Part shown: positions 37,729-47,292 of the stretch, piece after piece
Numbering within the stretch: position 1 is the first letter of the stretch
Layout: every line of letters begins with the position of its first letter
Source of the DNA: Candidatus Latescibacterota bacterium
GTDB lineage: Bacteria > Latescibacterota > UBA2968 > UBA8231
Length of the DNA stretch: 64,000 bases
Reading direction: 5' to 3'
Assembly: GCA_965243025.1 (NCBI GenBank)
Contig: CBDETY010000003.1
Span: 3,680,001 to 3,744,000, forward strand
Notes under the pieces: model-generated
Database searches by the model: none
The model's input: only the letters and a program-made list of their open reading frames with translations
What the model was told of the DNA's origin: nothing
Made by a program: the position numbers and the translations under genes

Positions 37729-40260
37729 CTACATGCCGGGGACGCGGTTCGCCAGCCTCCTCAGGATCTCCCTGGCGTTGTGTTCATCCGGATCGATGAG
37801 CAGGGCCCGGCGCAGCTGCTTTACCGCCGCCCCCCACTTCTCCTGGACCAGGGCGACCACCCCGAGGAACATGTGGCGCCGCGCCTCGAAGCGGCGGTCG
37901 AGCTGTTTCGCCGTCTCGGCGTCGACGCCGTCGAGGTACGGAACGATGGTCGGCGACAGTTGGACGGAGACGCTGCGGAGCGCCGGCATCCCCCGGCTGG
38001 TCCCTTTCCGCTTGCGCTCGGAAAAGCTGATGTAGGGACGATCGTCGGTGTTCGTGGGACCGGTGCCCGCATAGGCCGCCAGCCCCGCTTCGCCGAGGGC
38101 CAACGTGCTGAGCAATGAGACGGCGTCGCCGAGAAAGACTTCCTGCAGCTGCCGGGCGACCGCAGTTTCCCGCAGCCTCGAGTTCAGCTGTTCGATGTCG
38201 ATGTGCAGTCTCTCCGGGGTGGCGAGCATCACCGCGTAGCTTCGCGTCAGCCACAGGGAGGCGTGGGGAAACACCGCCCTGAAGGTGCGCAGGATCATCT
38301 TGAAATCCGCCACCGTGAGGCCGTGAAGGGGCAGCCACTGGGCGACGATCCCCCCGGGGTTGAGCCGCTGCCGGCACAGCCGGTAGAACTCCTCCGTGTA
38401 AAGGACCCAGCTGTCCGCCGTTCCTGGATGGGTGGCGTCGGCGATGACCAGGTCGTAGGTGCGCTCGCTGCGCAGTACGTGGTTGCGGCCGTCCTCGGGA
38501 ATCAGCTCGAGAACTCCCTGCCCGAAACGCTCGTAGACCTCGTTGTTGTGGTCGGTGAAGTGAATCCCCGCATCCACGACCGCGGGCACGACCTCGACGC
38601 AGTCGATGCGCCGGGGACCGTACCCCTCCACCGTGGCCAGGGTGATGCCGCCGCCGAAGGCGATTACGAGGACCTCCCCGGGGTCGGGGTGAACGACCAT
38701 CGGCAGGGTCCCGAGAAGGCGGAATGTCTGCAGGGAGGAGAAGTCGGTCGGCACCTCTCCCCCGCCGTTGATCATGAGCAGACGGTAGCCGCCCTCCGCC
38801 GCGTGGACGGTGACGGTGCCCCCGGCGTCCTCGTCGAAGTGGACCATGCGGGTGTTGCCGTGGCTCCAGGCCATCATCGTCTCGATCAGGTTCCCGGGCA
38901 TCACCCCTTTCCACAGCAGGAAGAACCCCCCGGCCAGAACCGGGGGCACCAGCTTGCGGCGCAGGCCCGCGGCGCTCCACAGGACGAGCAGCAGACCCGC
39001 GGCCAGGTTGATCAGCGCCAGGAACTCGAGCGACAACTGCGTGCCCAGCCCGGGAATGAGCAGGAAGCCTGCGGCGAAGGCGCCGAAGATCGCCCCGGTC
39101 GTGTTGACCGCGTAGATGTCGCCGACCTCGGTTCCGACCACCCCGATCCGCCGCACCCGGATCCTGGCGACGAGGGGAAACAGGAACCCCATCAGGAAGG
39201 TCGGGACGAACATCACCATGGCGGCGGCGGTGAACAGCATGGCGATGTGGTCTTCCCACTCCGGCCTGGGGAAGGCGGAGACCAGCCTTGGCAAACCGGC
39301 GACGGCGGCTACCGAAACCACGCCGAAAACTCCGAGGAGAAGCTCGATGACCCCGAAGGCGTACACCCTGTCGCGCAGGCGGTCCGCCCAGCGGGCGCCC
39401 GCAGCCGAGCCGGCGGCGATGCCGGCCAGAAAGGTTATGACGATGGTGCTCAAGGTCTGCACGGTGGCGCTCGTCAGGGTCGTCTGCAGCAACCGGGTCC
39501 AGACAATCTCGTAGCCCAGGGCCGCGAATCCCGACAGGGCGAACACCGCCGGCACCGCTATCTCCAGGCGCCGCGGCACGGGATCGGCGGAGAGAGCGGG
39601 CTCCTTTCCCTCCGGTTCCGGCGGGGGGCTCTCCGGTGCGGCGACCCGCTCGATCAGCAGGGCGGCGGCGGCAATCGCGAGGTTGGCGGCGGCGGCGGCG
39701 AACACCGTCCCCCGCACCCCCAGGTGCTCCATCAGGAAGAAGGCGGCGGCGAAACAGCCGAGCGCCGCCCCGGCGGTGTTGATGCTGTAGAGGGAACCCA
39801 GTTGCCAGCCGGCCGCAGAGATGTGGCGCACGGCGAAACGGCACAGGGCGGGAAGGGTGCCCCCCATCAGGGTCGTCGGCGGCAGCAGGATCAGGAAGCC
39901 CAGGACGAAGCGCGCCAGCGCGAACATCATGGGCCGGCCCTCGAGCAGCTGGTAGAGGGCGGTGTGAAGGTCGTCGAGACCGGTCAGGATCCACGGGAAG
40001 GCCAGCGAGAACAGACCGATGCCCAGCTCGAGGAGGGCGTAGATCCGCAGTCCGCGGCCGCGGCTGTCGGCGACGCGTCCGAAAAGGGCGCTGCCCAGCG
40101 CCAGCCCGGCCATGAAGGCGGTGAGAACGGTGCTGACGGCGAAAACGCTGACTCCGAAGACGACGATCAGCATGCGCACCCAGACCACCTGGTACACGAG
40201 GGTGCAGGCCCCGGACAGGAAGAACAGGGCGGCGACCAGCAGCGGGGTGCTCCTGTTCAC
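37729..40260 (-). CDS. Membrane-fused spermidine synthase-like (fused MFS/SpeE) SAM-dependent transferase
   Basis: 843 aa paralog of 253-2874. SGACTLVYQVVWVR; VLVIAFGGGIT; DGRNHV; YDLVIADATHP; LYTEEFY; LNPGGIVAQWLP; C-terminal TPR. Confidence 0.87.
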   Translation of the reverse strand: MNRSTPLLVAALFFLSGACTLVYQVVWVRMLIVVFGVSVFAVSTVLTAFMAGLALGSALFGRVADSRGRGLRIYALLELGIGLFSLAFPWILTGLDDLHTALYQLLEGRPMMFALARFVLGFLILLPPTTLMGGTLPALCRFAVRHISAAGWQLGSLYSINTAGAALGCFAAAFFLMEHLGVRGTVFAAAAANLAIAAAALLIERVAAPESPPPEPEGKEPALSADPVPRRLEIAVPAVFALSGFAALGYEIVWTRLLQTTLTSATVQTLSTIVITFLAGIAAGSAAGARWADRLRDRVYAFGVIELLLGVFGVVSVAAVAGLPRLVSAFPRPEWEDHIAMLFTAAAMVMFVPTFLMGFLFPLVARIRVRRIGVVGTEVGDIYAVNTTGAIFGAFAAGFLLIPGLGTQLSLEFLALINLAAGLLLVLWSAAGLRRKLVPPVLAGGFFLLWKGVMPGNLIETMMAWSHGNTRMVHFDEDAGGTVTVHAAEGGYRLLMINGGGEVPTDFSSLQTFRLLGTLPMVVHPDPGEVLVIAFGGGITLATVEGYGPRRIDCVEVVPAVVDAGIHFTDHNNEVYERFGQGVLELIPEDGRNHVLRSERTYDLVIADATHPGTADSWVLYTEEFYRLCRQRLNPGGIVAQWLPLHGLTVADFKMILRTFRAVFPHASLWLTRSYAVMLATPERLHIDIEQLNSRLRETAVARQLQEVFLGDAVSLLSTLALGEAGLAAYAGTGPTNTDDRPYISFSERKRKGTSRGMPALRSVSVQLSPTIVPYLDGVDAETAKQLDRRFEARRHMFLGVVALVQEKWGAAVKQLRRALLIDPDEHNAREILRRLANRVPGM

Positions 40261-40443
40261 CGGCTCTCCCCGACTTCAGGCGGCTTCATGAAGCGACCGG
40301 CAAGTCCGGCGCGGTCCGGCGGTCTGCCCCGGAACACAGCGGCCCCGGCACCCCCCGGTTCCAACTCCACGGGATGTCGCAGGCCGGTGCGGCGGCCCTC
40401 GCCGGCGGTCGATTGACTCGCATCCATTCTTCCCATCCCCGGG

Positions 40444-42186
40444 TCAGCGCCGGAACGGCGTGCTCTCCACGATTCCCGCGCCCTCGCGAACGAGGTGGTA
40501 AGCCCCCGCGGCGAGCCCCTGCACTTCCTCCACCCTGCCGCTGGGCCAACGGATGGTGGCGCGGGCGGGGCCGCCTTCCCCGGGAAGCCCGACCCGCAGC
40601 CGCGGATCCTGGCTCGCCAGGTAGGAGGACCCTGCGTGAACCTCGCGCAGCAGCCTGCGCCCCCCGGCCTCGATCAGGACCCGGGCGCCGTAGGCGTCGC
40701 GGTTGGACTCCGGCGGAGAGCCTTCCAGGCGCAGGCCGAGGGAGGGGTTCCCCTGGCCGACCGCGTTTTCGAGGAGCAGCGCCTGCGAGCCGTTGTTGTT
40801 GACGACGACGTCGTCGTCGCCGTCGCCGTCGATGTCGGCAGCGGCCAGGCCGCGGCCGGCGCGCCTGGGAAGCCCGTCTCCACCCCTCGAAGCAAGGACC
40901 TCGCGGAAGCTGCCGCCGGTGTTTTCGAAAAGCAGGTCGTCCTGCTCGAAGGAGCTGCCTTCCTTGACGAGGGCGATATTGTCGATGACGTGGCCGTTGG
41001 CGACGACGAGGTCGAGGTCGCTGTCGAGATCGAAGTCGAGAAAGCAGGTCCCGAAGCCGACGTAGGCGAGGGTGGACGCCCCCAGGCCGCTGCCGTAGCT
41101 GACCTCCATCACCGCGCTGCCGCCGTCGTTTCGATACAGCGAGTTGGTCTGGGCTTCGAGGTTGGTCACCGTGATGTCGAGATCGAGGTCGCCGTCGTAG
41201 TCCCCCATGTCGGTCCCCATCCCGGCCTCGGCCACCGCGTCGTACCCGAAAGCGGCCCCGTAGTAGATCGCCTCCTCGGTGAAGCCGGGGCTGCCTTCCT
41301 CCAGGTGGTTGATGTAGAGGAAGTTGGCGGTGCCGTCGTTGGCGACGTAGAGATCGGAATCGCCGTCCCCCTCGAAATCTCCGGCGACGACCCCGAGCCC
41401 CTTGCCGGAGCAATCGGTGATTCCCAGCTCGCCGGATACGTCGGCGAAGCTGCCGGTGCCGTCGTTGCGCAGCAGCCTGTCGCAGAGACCCCCGTAGGCC
41501 TGGGGTCCGCAGTAGACCTCGACACCCGACCGCCTGCACGGGGTGAAGGTCACCTGGTCGAAATCGACGTATCCGGCGACGTAGAGATCGAGGTCGCCGT
41601 CGAGGTCGAAATCGAAGAAGGTGGCCGACGTCGACCACCCGGGAATGTCGATCCCCGCAGCCGGGCCGGCTTCTTCGAAGACGCCGTCGCCGCGGTTCCT
41701 GAAAAGGAGATCCGCCCCGTAGTTCCCCACGAAGAGATCCGGGTCCCCGTCGTTCTCGACATCCCCCACTGCCATCCCCATTCCGTACCCTTCGTCCCCC
41801 GTCCGCGCGGTGTCGGTGACGTCGGTGAACGACCCGAACCCGTCGTTGCGGAAGAACCGGTTGCGGGGAGGAACCCCTGGGTCAGGGGTCCCCGGAAGGG
41901 GGGCGCCGTTCAGCAGGTAGAGGTCGAAGTCCCCGTCCTGGTCGTGATCGATGAAGCCGGCCCCCGAACCCATGATCTCCACTATGTACCGTTTCCCCGT
42001 GAACCCGGTGAAATGCCGGAACTCGACTCCGCGCTCCTGCGCGACGTCGCGAAAAATGACCCGCGAACCGGCCGCCGGCGCCGGCGTCCCCCCCGGCTTT
42101 TCTGTAGCCGTCGTACCGGAATCCCCGTTGCAGCCCGGCAACGACGCCGCGGCGGCGGCGACGAGAACCTCCAGCCGCAGTCCCAT
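40444..42186 (-). CDS. CRTAC1-family FG-GAP/ASPIC-UnbV lipoprotein
   Basis: Lipobox LPGC; EIMGSGAG; YCGPQAY; AGMGTDMGD; SNRDAYGA...SSYLASQ. Alternative TTG start at 42207. Confidence 0.9.
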   Translation of the reverse strand: MGLRLEVLVAAAAASLPGCNGDSGTTATEKPGGTPAPAAGSRVIFRDVAQERGVEFRHFTGFTGKRYIVEIMGSGAGFIDHDQDGDFDLYLLNGAPLPGTPDPGVPPRNRFFRNDGFGSFTDVTDTARTGDEGYGMGMAVGDVENDGDPDLFVGNYGADLLFRNRGDGVFEEAGPAAGIDIPGWSTSATFFDFDLDGDLDLYVAGYVDFDQVTFTPCRRSGVEVYCGPQAYGGLCDRLLRNDGTGSFADVSGELGITDCSGKGLGVVAGDFEGDGDSDLYVANDGTANFLYINHLEEGSPGFTEEAIYYGAAFGYDAVAEAGMGTDMGDYDGDLDLDITVTNLEAQTNSLYRNDGGSAVMEVSYGSGLGASTLAYVGFGTCFLDFDLDSDLDLVVANGHVIDNIALVKEGSSFEQDDLLFENTGGSFREVLASRGGDGLPRRAGRGLAAADIDGDGDDDVVVNNNGSQALLLENAVGQGNPSLGLRLEGSPPESNRDAYGARVLIEAGGRRLLREVHAGSSYLASQDPRLRVGLPGEGGPARATIRWPSGRVEEVQGLAAGAYHLVREGAGIVESTPFRR

Positions 42187-42207
42187 CCTCCAACCTGTCC
42201 ACCCCAA

Positions 42208-43518
42208 CTAGCGCCCCGCCCCGGCCGGCTCCCCCGGGGCCTGTTCCCCGGACAGCTTGCGGACCAGCGCTCCCAGTGCGGGAAAGTGCGGGGAGCGGGC
42301 GCGCAGGGTGCGCAGCTCTGCGGCGGCTTCGAAGCGGCGGTCCATGGCGACATAGACCTCGATCAGCTCGGCGCGGGCTGCGTGGTCGCCCGGATCGACG
42401 GCGACCCGTTCCCTGAGCTTCTGCGACCGCTGTTCAAGGGGCAGAATCGCCTTGAAGCGGTCCGCGGCCGCGCGCGCGCCCTCCCGGTCGCCGAGGCGGC
42501 GGAGCGAAACAGCCAGCGCCCGCAACGCGGGGGCGTGCCCGGGGGAGATCTCCAGCGCCTTCTCGAGATGGACCCTGGCGAGGGAGTGGTCGCCCAGCTG
42601 CTGCGCTGCGAGCCCGCGGTGCCGGTGCGCCTCGGCGCGGTGCCGGGTTTCGGTTCCGTCCCCCCTGGCCAGCGGCCGCTCGAGGACTTCCATGGACCTC
42701 TCGAACTCGCCCAGGCGGTAGAGCAGCACCCCCAGCTCGACGAGGAGCAGGGGATCTTCCTCGCGCAGCGCCAGCCCCATCTCGAGGGCCCGGCGCGCCT
42801 CCTCGAGCGCGTTGGCCGCCAATGCGTACTCGAAGATCTTGTAGAGAACATGGGAGTGCCGGGGGTCCGCCGGAGAGCCTTCGAGCAGACCGTGGTATTC
42901 CCACAGCGACTCCCGGGCTCCCTCGATCCTGCCGCCGAGATACAGCGCCTCGGCGAGCCAGATCCTGCCCGAGTGGTTCCCCGGCTCGAGGTCCACACCC
43001 GCCCGCAGGTCGCCCCGCGCGGATTCGTAGTCTCCCAGCTGCAGAAAGGTGTGCCCCCTCAGGCGATGGAAGGTCCCGTTCCCCGGGGCCTTGGCGATCG
43101 CCCGGGAAAATCTATCGATGGCGGCATCCGGTCTCTGCTCGCGAAGGAGAATGCTCCCGACGGCGTGATCCAGGCCCGAATCGAGCGGCCCCGGACTGGC
43201 TGCCTCCGCCGCCAGCAGCATCCGCTTGGCGCGCTGGAACAGTTCCGCAGCCTCGGGGTCGTTCCGCTGCTTCTTCTCGAGCTCCTGCGCCTGGGTGAAG
43301 AAGATCCTGCCCAGCAGGTAGGTGAAGCGGTGATTCCCGGAGTCCTGCCGCATCCCGGCCTCGCAGACCCTGGCCGCCTCGGCGAGCCTCCCCTTCCCGA
43401 ACAGTTCCAGGGCCCGCGCGTAACGGCCGTCACCCCCCTGTCCGGCATCGCCTGGATCGACGTATCCGGCGTCGAGCAGGAAGGCGAGAACGGCGGCGGC
43501 GAGCCGGCTAGGTCCCAT
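42208..43518 (-). CDS. Tetratricopeptide-repeat protein, exported
   Basis: 436 aa; signal-like N-terminus; TPR helices (FSRAIAKAP, LEKALEISP). Directly upstream of the CRTAC1 gene. Confidence 0.82.
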   Translation of the reverse strand: MGPSRLAAAVLAFLLDAGYVDPGDAGQGGDGRYARALELFGKGRLAEAARVCEAGMRQDSGNHRFTYLLGRIFFTQAQELEKKQRNDPEAAELFQRAKRMLLAAEAASPGPLDSGLDHAVGSILLREQRPDAAIDRFSRAIAKAPGNGTFHRLRGHTFLQLGDYESARGDLRAGVDLEPGNHSGRIWLAEALYLGGRIEGARESLWEYHGLLEGSPADPRHSHVLYKIFEYALAANALEEARRALEMGLALREEDPLLLVELGVLLYRLGEFERSMEVLERPLARGDGTETRHRAEAHRHRGLAAQQLGDHSLARVHLEKALEISPGHAPALRALAVSLRRLGDREGARAAADRFKAILPLEQRSQKLRERVAVDPGDHAARAELIEVYVAMDRRFEAAAELRTLRARSPHFPALGALVRKLSGEQAPGEPAGAGR

Positions 43519-44043
43519 GTGAAATGTCGATCGGCGTCAACTCCGGGTGCTTCCGTGCTTTTCCCTGACTCTGTCCTGGTTGGTTCGAAAGTAACCATTG
43601 GGTCGAAGGCGGGCGAAAGCGGCGGGGCCGGCAATTCTTGCCCGCAACGTCGACAACTCCTTTCGTACGACCCGACTCGAAGCGCGTGCATCGCCGATCC
43701 GGGAAAACGGATACCCGTGGGGCCGGCTGCGCCGGTCCGCGCGCCGCATCTTCGCCACCGACGACGCCAACATGCTCATTCCCGCGCACCGGAGAAGCGG
43801 CCCGGCCCCCCTGGACGGCAGGTGTTCCGCCATCCCGGATCCCCCCCGGGTGCTGCGGGGGTCCGCGGGGGGCTCCGTCAGGCCGGCGCAGCTGCGCCCT
43901 CGCCGCCGCCATGACCGGCCCTCCCGCCCTCCGGAAAAACGGGGAGGCCGCGCACCTGTGGGCGCGGTTCAGCCGCGACCTCGGGGACCGGCCCGGGGCC
44001 GAGGCGCTGCTGCCGCGCCTCCTGAGAGCGCACAGCGGGCAGG

Positions 44044-45582
44044 ATGACGGCCCGCCGCTCCATCGTCTTGTGCGCCCTCCTCGGACTCGCCGGGGCCCTG
44101 GCTGCCCCGGCCGCCGTGGAAGCGCGGCCGCGGATGCTGCCGGCCGGCGCCGTCGCCGACGCCCTGGCCGCCGCCGCGGCCGGAGACTCGGTGCGCTTCG
44201 ACAGCGCCATGGTGCGCGGACAGGTCTTCGCCGTCCTGGACACGGTCAGGGGCAGAGTCCGGTTCCGGGGGGTGCAGTTCCTTGGCGGCTTCGCCCTCGA
44301 CAGGGTGGCGTTTTCGGGCCCGGTCCTGTTCGAGGACTGCGAGTTCCGGAAGGGGGCTTCCTTTCTCGAGTCCAGGTTCGAGCAACCGGCCCTGTTCCGG
44401 CGCTGCAGCTTCGGCCGGCACACCAGCTTCAACAAGGCGGTTCTCAGCGCCGCCGACTTCGAGCTCAGCCGCTTCTCAGGCCCGGCGACCTTCGTCGACG
44501 CCCGTTTCGAAGGGGACGCCTCCTTCGACCACGCGCAGTTCGAGGACGTCTATTTCGACCGCTCGAGGTTCGCCGCTTCCGCCAGCTTCACCGACGCCGC
44601 CATCGCTCTCGAGGCCTCGTTCAAGGAGGCGGTCTTCGGCGAGGCGGTTTTCGCGGGGACGCGCTTCGGCGAGGAAACGCTGTTCCGCAACTGCCGCTTC
44701 GACGGACCGGCCCGGTTCGACAGGGCGCGCTTCCGCAGGCGCGTCCATTTCAACGGCGCCGACTTTTTCCGACACGCTTCGTTCCGCGACATAACCTTCG
44801 TTCGCGGGGGCGCGTTCGCGGGGGCCCGCTTCGCCGGCGGCGTCTCCTTCGCCGGCAGCCGTTTCCGGTCCGACCTCGACCTGTCCGGCGCCGCCGCCGA
44901 CGCGCAGGTGTCCCTGAACGCCGCTTTTTCCGGCGACCTGATTCTGCACGACGCCTCTCTCTCCACCCTCGACCTCGCCGGATATACGGCAACCGGGGGT
45001 GCCGATTCGACGGCTGCCTCCCCGCGGGTGTTCCTGGAGGGGGCGCGCTTCGACAACCTGCGTTTGTCCTGGGAGGATATCCGCGGCCGCATCGCCGCCC
45101 GCGACAGCACGCAGGCCGCCCCCCTTGCGGAGCAGTACGCCGGGGTTGCCCACCACCTCCGGAAGCGGGGACTCGAGCGCGAAGCGGACGCCGCCGTGGC
45201 GGAGTGGAGGGACCACCTGCGCACGAGCCTGGGCTGGACCTCGCCGCGACGCTGGCTGCTCGAGCTGTTCAACGCGACCTCGCGCTACGGAAACAGCCTT
45301 GCCCGCCTGGGGGCAACCGGTTTCGTCCTGCTGATATCGTTCACCCTTCTCTACTGGCTGGGGCGCGGCCGGCTTGCCGGGGAGCCCGGCGCAGGCACCG
45401 CCGGCATCGGCGACTGTTTCATCCTCAGCCTTGCGGCCTTCGCCCATCTCGGGGGAGCATCGCGGTGGCGGACAAACGGCGGGCTGCGGCTGCTGCAGCT
45501 GCTCGAAGGGGTCGTCGGCTGGCTGTACTGGGCGGCTCTCGTCGCCGTCGGCCTGCGCCTCCTGCTGCGGGGGTTCGTCTGA
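44044..45582 (+). CDS. Pentapeptide-repeat protein with C-terminal 2TM ion-channel-like segment
   Basis: Signal peptide; many AxFxxAxFxG repeats; C-terminal SRYGNSLAR-TM-pore-like helix-LQLLEGVVGW-TM. Confidence 0.8.
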   Translation: MTARRSIVLCALLGLAGALAAPAAVEARPRMLPAGAVADALAAAAAGDSVRFDSAMVRGQVFAVLDTVRGRVRFRGVQFLGGFALDRVAFSGPVLFEDCEFRKGASFLESRFEQPALFRRCSFGRHTSFNKAVLSAADFELSRFSGPATFVDARFEGDASFDHAQFEDVYFDRSRFAASASFTDAAIALEASFKEAVFGEAVFAGTRFGEETLFRNCRFDGPARFDRARFRRRVHFNGADFFRHASFRDITFVRGGAFAGARFAGGVSFAGSRFRSDLDLSGAAADAQVSLNAAFSGDLILHDASLSTLDLAGYTATGGADSTAASPRVFLEGARFDNLRLSWEDIRGRIAARDSTQAAPLAEQYAGVAHHLRKRGLEREADAAVAEWRDHLRTSLGWTSPRRWLLELFNATSRYGNSLARLGATGFVLLISFTLLYWLGRGRLAGEPGAGTAGIGDCFILSLAAFAHLGGASRWRTNGGLRLLQLLEGVVGWLYWAALVAVGLRLLLRGFV

Positions 45583-45602
45583 GCTCCCCCGCGCTTTCGC
45601 CC

Positions 45603-47291
45603 ATGGCCGGGCACGGCCCAGCCCGGGCGCTGCTGTGCGCCCTTCTCGCCCTGGCAGGATGCGGGAAAGACAGCGGCCCGCCGGACGGAATCGAGGTGAC
45701 CTTCCGGGACGCGGCGGCCGAGGCCGGGGTCGACTTCGTGCACTTCAACGGTTTTTCCGGGGACTACTACTACTACGAGACCTTCGGCTCGGGGGCCGCC
45801 TTCTTCGATTTCGACGCCGACGGCTGGCTCGACATCTACCTCGTCAACGGCTCGGTGCTGACCGACACGGTGCCGGCCGTCACCCCGGTGAACCGGCTCT
45901 ACCGCAACCTGTCGGGCGCCGGCCCGGACGACCCCGGCGCGAAACCACCGCTCCGCTTCGCCGACGCAACCGCGGGGTCCGGCGCCGATGACCGCGGCTA
46001 CGGCATGGGAGTCGCCGCCGCCGACGCGGACAACGACGGCGACCAGGATCTCTACGTAACCAACGCCGGGGGCAACCGCCTGCTTCTCAACGAGGAAGGA
46101 TCGGGACGTTTCGACGACGCCACCGCCGAAGCCGGGGCCGGCGACTCCCGCTGGGGCACGGCCTGCGCCTTCCTCGACTACGACGGCGACGGCGACCTCG
46201 ACCTCTTCGTCGTCAACTACGTCGACTTCGACATCTGGGAAAACCCGGTCTGCAAGAAGGGAAAGCACCGGTCCTACTGCGACCCCGACACCTACGACCC
46301 GGTCGAGGACGTCCTCTACCGGAACGACCGGGGCCGCTTCACCGACGTCAGCCGCGCCAGCGGCATCACCCTGTCGGGGCGCGGCCTGGGGGTGGCGCTG
46401 TCGGACTACGACCTCGACGGCGACACCGACGTCTACGTCGCCAACGACGGCACCATGAACTTCCTCTACGAGAACCAGCCCGGCGGCTTCGTCGAGGTCG
46501 GGCTGTACTCGGGGGGGCGCTACAACCGGGACGGACTCGCCGAAGCGGGGATGGGCGTCGACTTCGGCGACGTGCAGAACGACGGCAGGCAGGACCTGTT
46601 CGTCACCAACTTCACCAATGAAACCAACACCCTCTACGTCAACGACGGCCAGGGGGAGCTGCACGACCTGACCGAGCGCTTCGGCCTCACCGGCCCGTCC
46701 CTGAAGCCGCTGGGGTTCGGCACCCGGTTCCTCGACTACGACAACGACCGCTTCCTCGACCTGTTCGTCGCCAACGGCCACGTCATGGACATCATCGCCG
46801 AGGTCGAGCCGGAGCTCAGCTACCCGCAGCCGAACCAGGTGTTCCGCAACCTCGGAGGAAGGGGTTTCTCCGAGACCTCGGCGGGCCTCGGGACAGGCCT
46901 CGAGGTGGTCGCCGTCAGCCGCGCCGCCGCGGCGGGGGACTGCGACAACGACGGCGACCAGGACCTGCTGGTGACCAACGTCTCCGGCCCGCCGACCCTG
47001 CTGGTAAACGAAGGGGGCAACCGCAACAACTGGCTCCTCCTCGAGCTCGTCGGGGCCGGGCACCGCGACGCCCTCGGGGCCCGGGTGACGGTCACCGCCG
47101 GAGGCCGGCGGATGCTGCGCGAGCGGCAGTCGGGGGCGAGCTACCTGTCGAGCCACGATCCGCGCCTGCACTTCGGCCTCGGGAGATCCGAGGCCGCCCG
47201 CGTCGAGATCGTCTGGCCCGGCGGGCGCCGCCAGGTTCTCGAGGAGGTCCCGGCCAACCGCATTCTGCGGGTGCGGGAAGGCCAGGGCTGA
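45603..47291 (+). CDS. CRTAC1-family FG-GAP/ASPIC-UnbV lipoprotein
   Basis: Real portion of ORF 43638-47291, starting MAGHGPARALL...LAGC. ETFGSGAA; YCDPDTY; AGMGVDFGD; SYLSSHDPRLHFGLG. Confidence 0.9.
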   Translation: MAGHGPARALLCALLALAGCGKDSGPPDGIEVTFRDAAAEAGVDFVHFNGFSGDYYYYETFGSGAAFFDFDADGWLDIYLVNGSVLTDTVPAVTPVNRLYRNLSGAGPDDPGAKPPLRFADATAGSGADDRGYGMGVAAADADNDGDQDLYVTNAGGNRLLLNEEGSGRFDDATAEAGAGDSRWGTACAFLDYDGDGDLDLFVVNYVDFDIWENPVCKKGKHRSYCDPDTYDPVEDVLYRNDRGRFTDVSRASGITLSGRGLGVALSDYDLDGDTDVYVANDGTMNFLYENQPGGFVEVGLYSGGRYNRDGLAEAGMGVDFGDVQNDGRQDLFVTNFTNETNTLYVNDGQGELHDLTERFGLTGPSLKPLGFGTRFLDYDNDRFLDLFVANGHVMDIIAEVEPELSYPQPNQVFRNLGGRGFSETSAGLGTGLEVVAVSRAAAAGDCDNDGDQDLLVTNVSGPPTLLVNEGGNRNNWLLLELVGAGHRDALGARVTVTAGGRRMLRERQSGASYLSSHDPRLHFGLGRSEAARVEIVWPGGRRQVLEEVPANRILRVREGQG

Positions 47292-47292
47292 G

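Noticed and set aside
43638-47291. Apparent 1217 aa CRTAC1 with a long N-terminal extension
   Set aside because: The extension is the off-frame read of the pentapeptide gene. A signal peptide and lipobox start at 45603.
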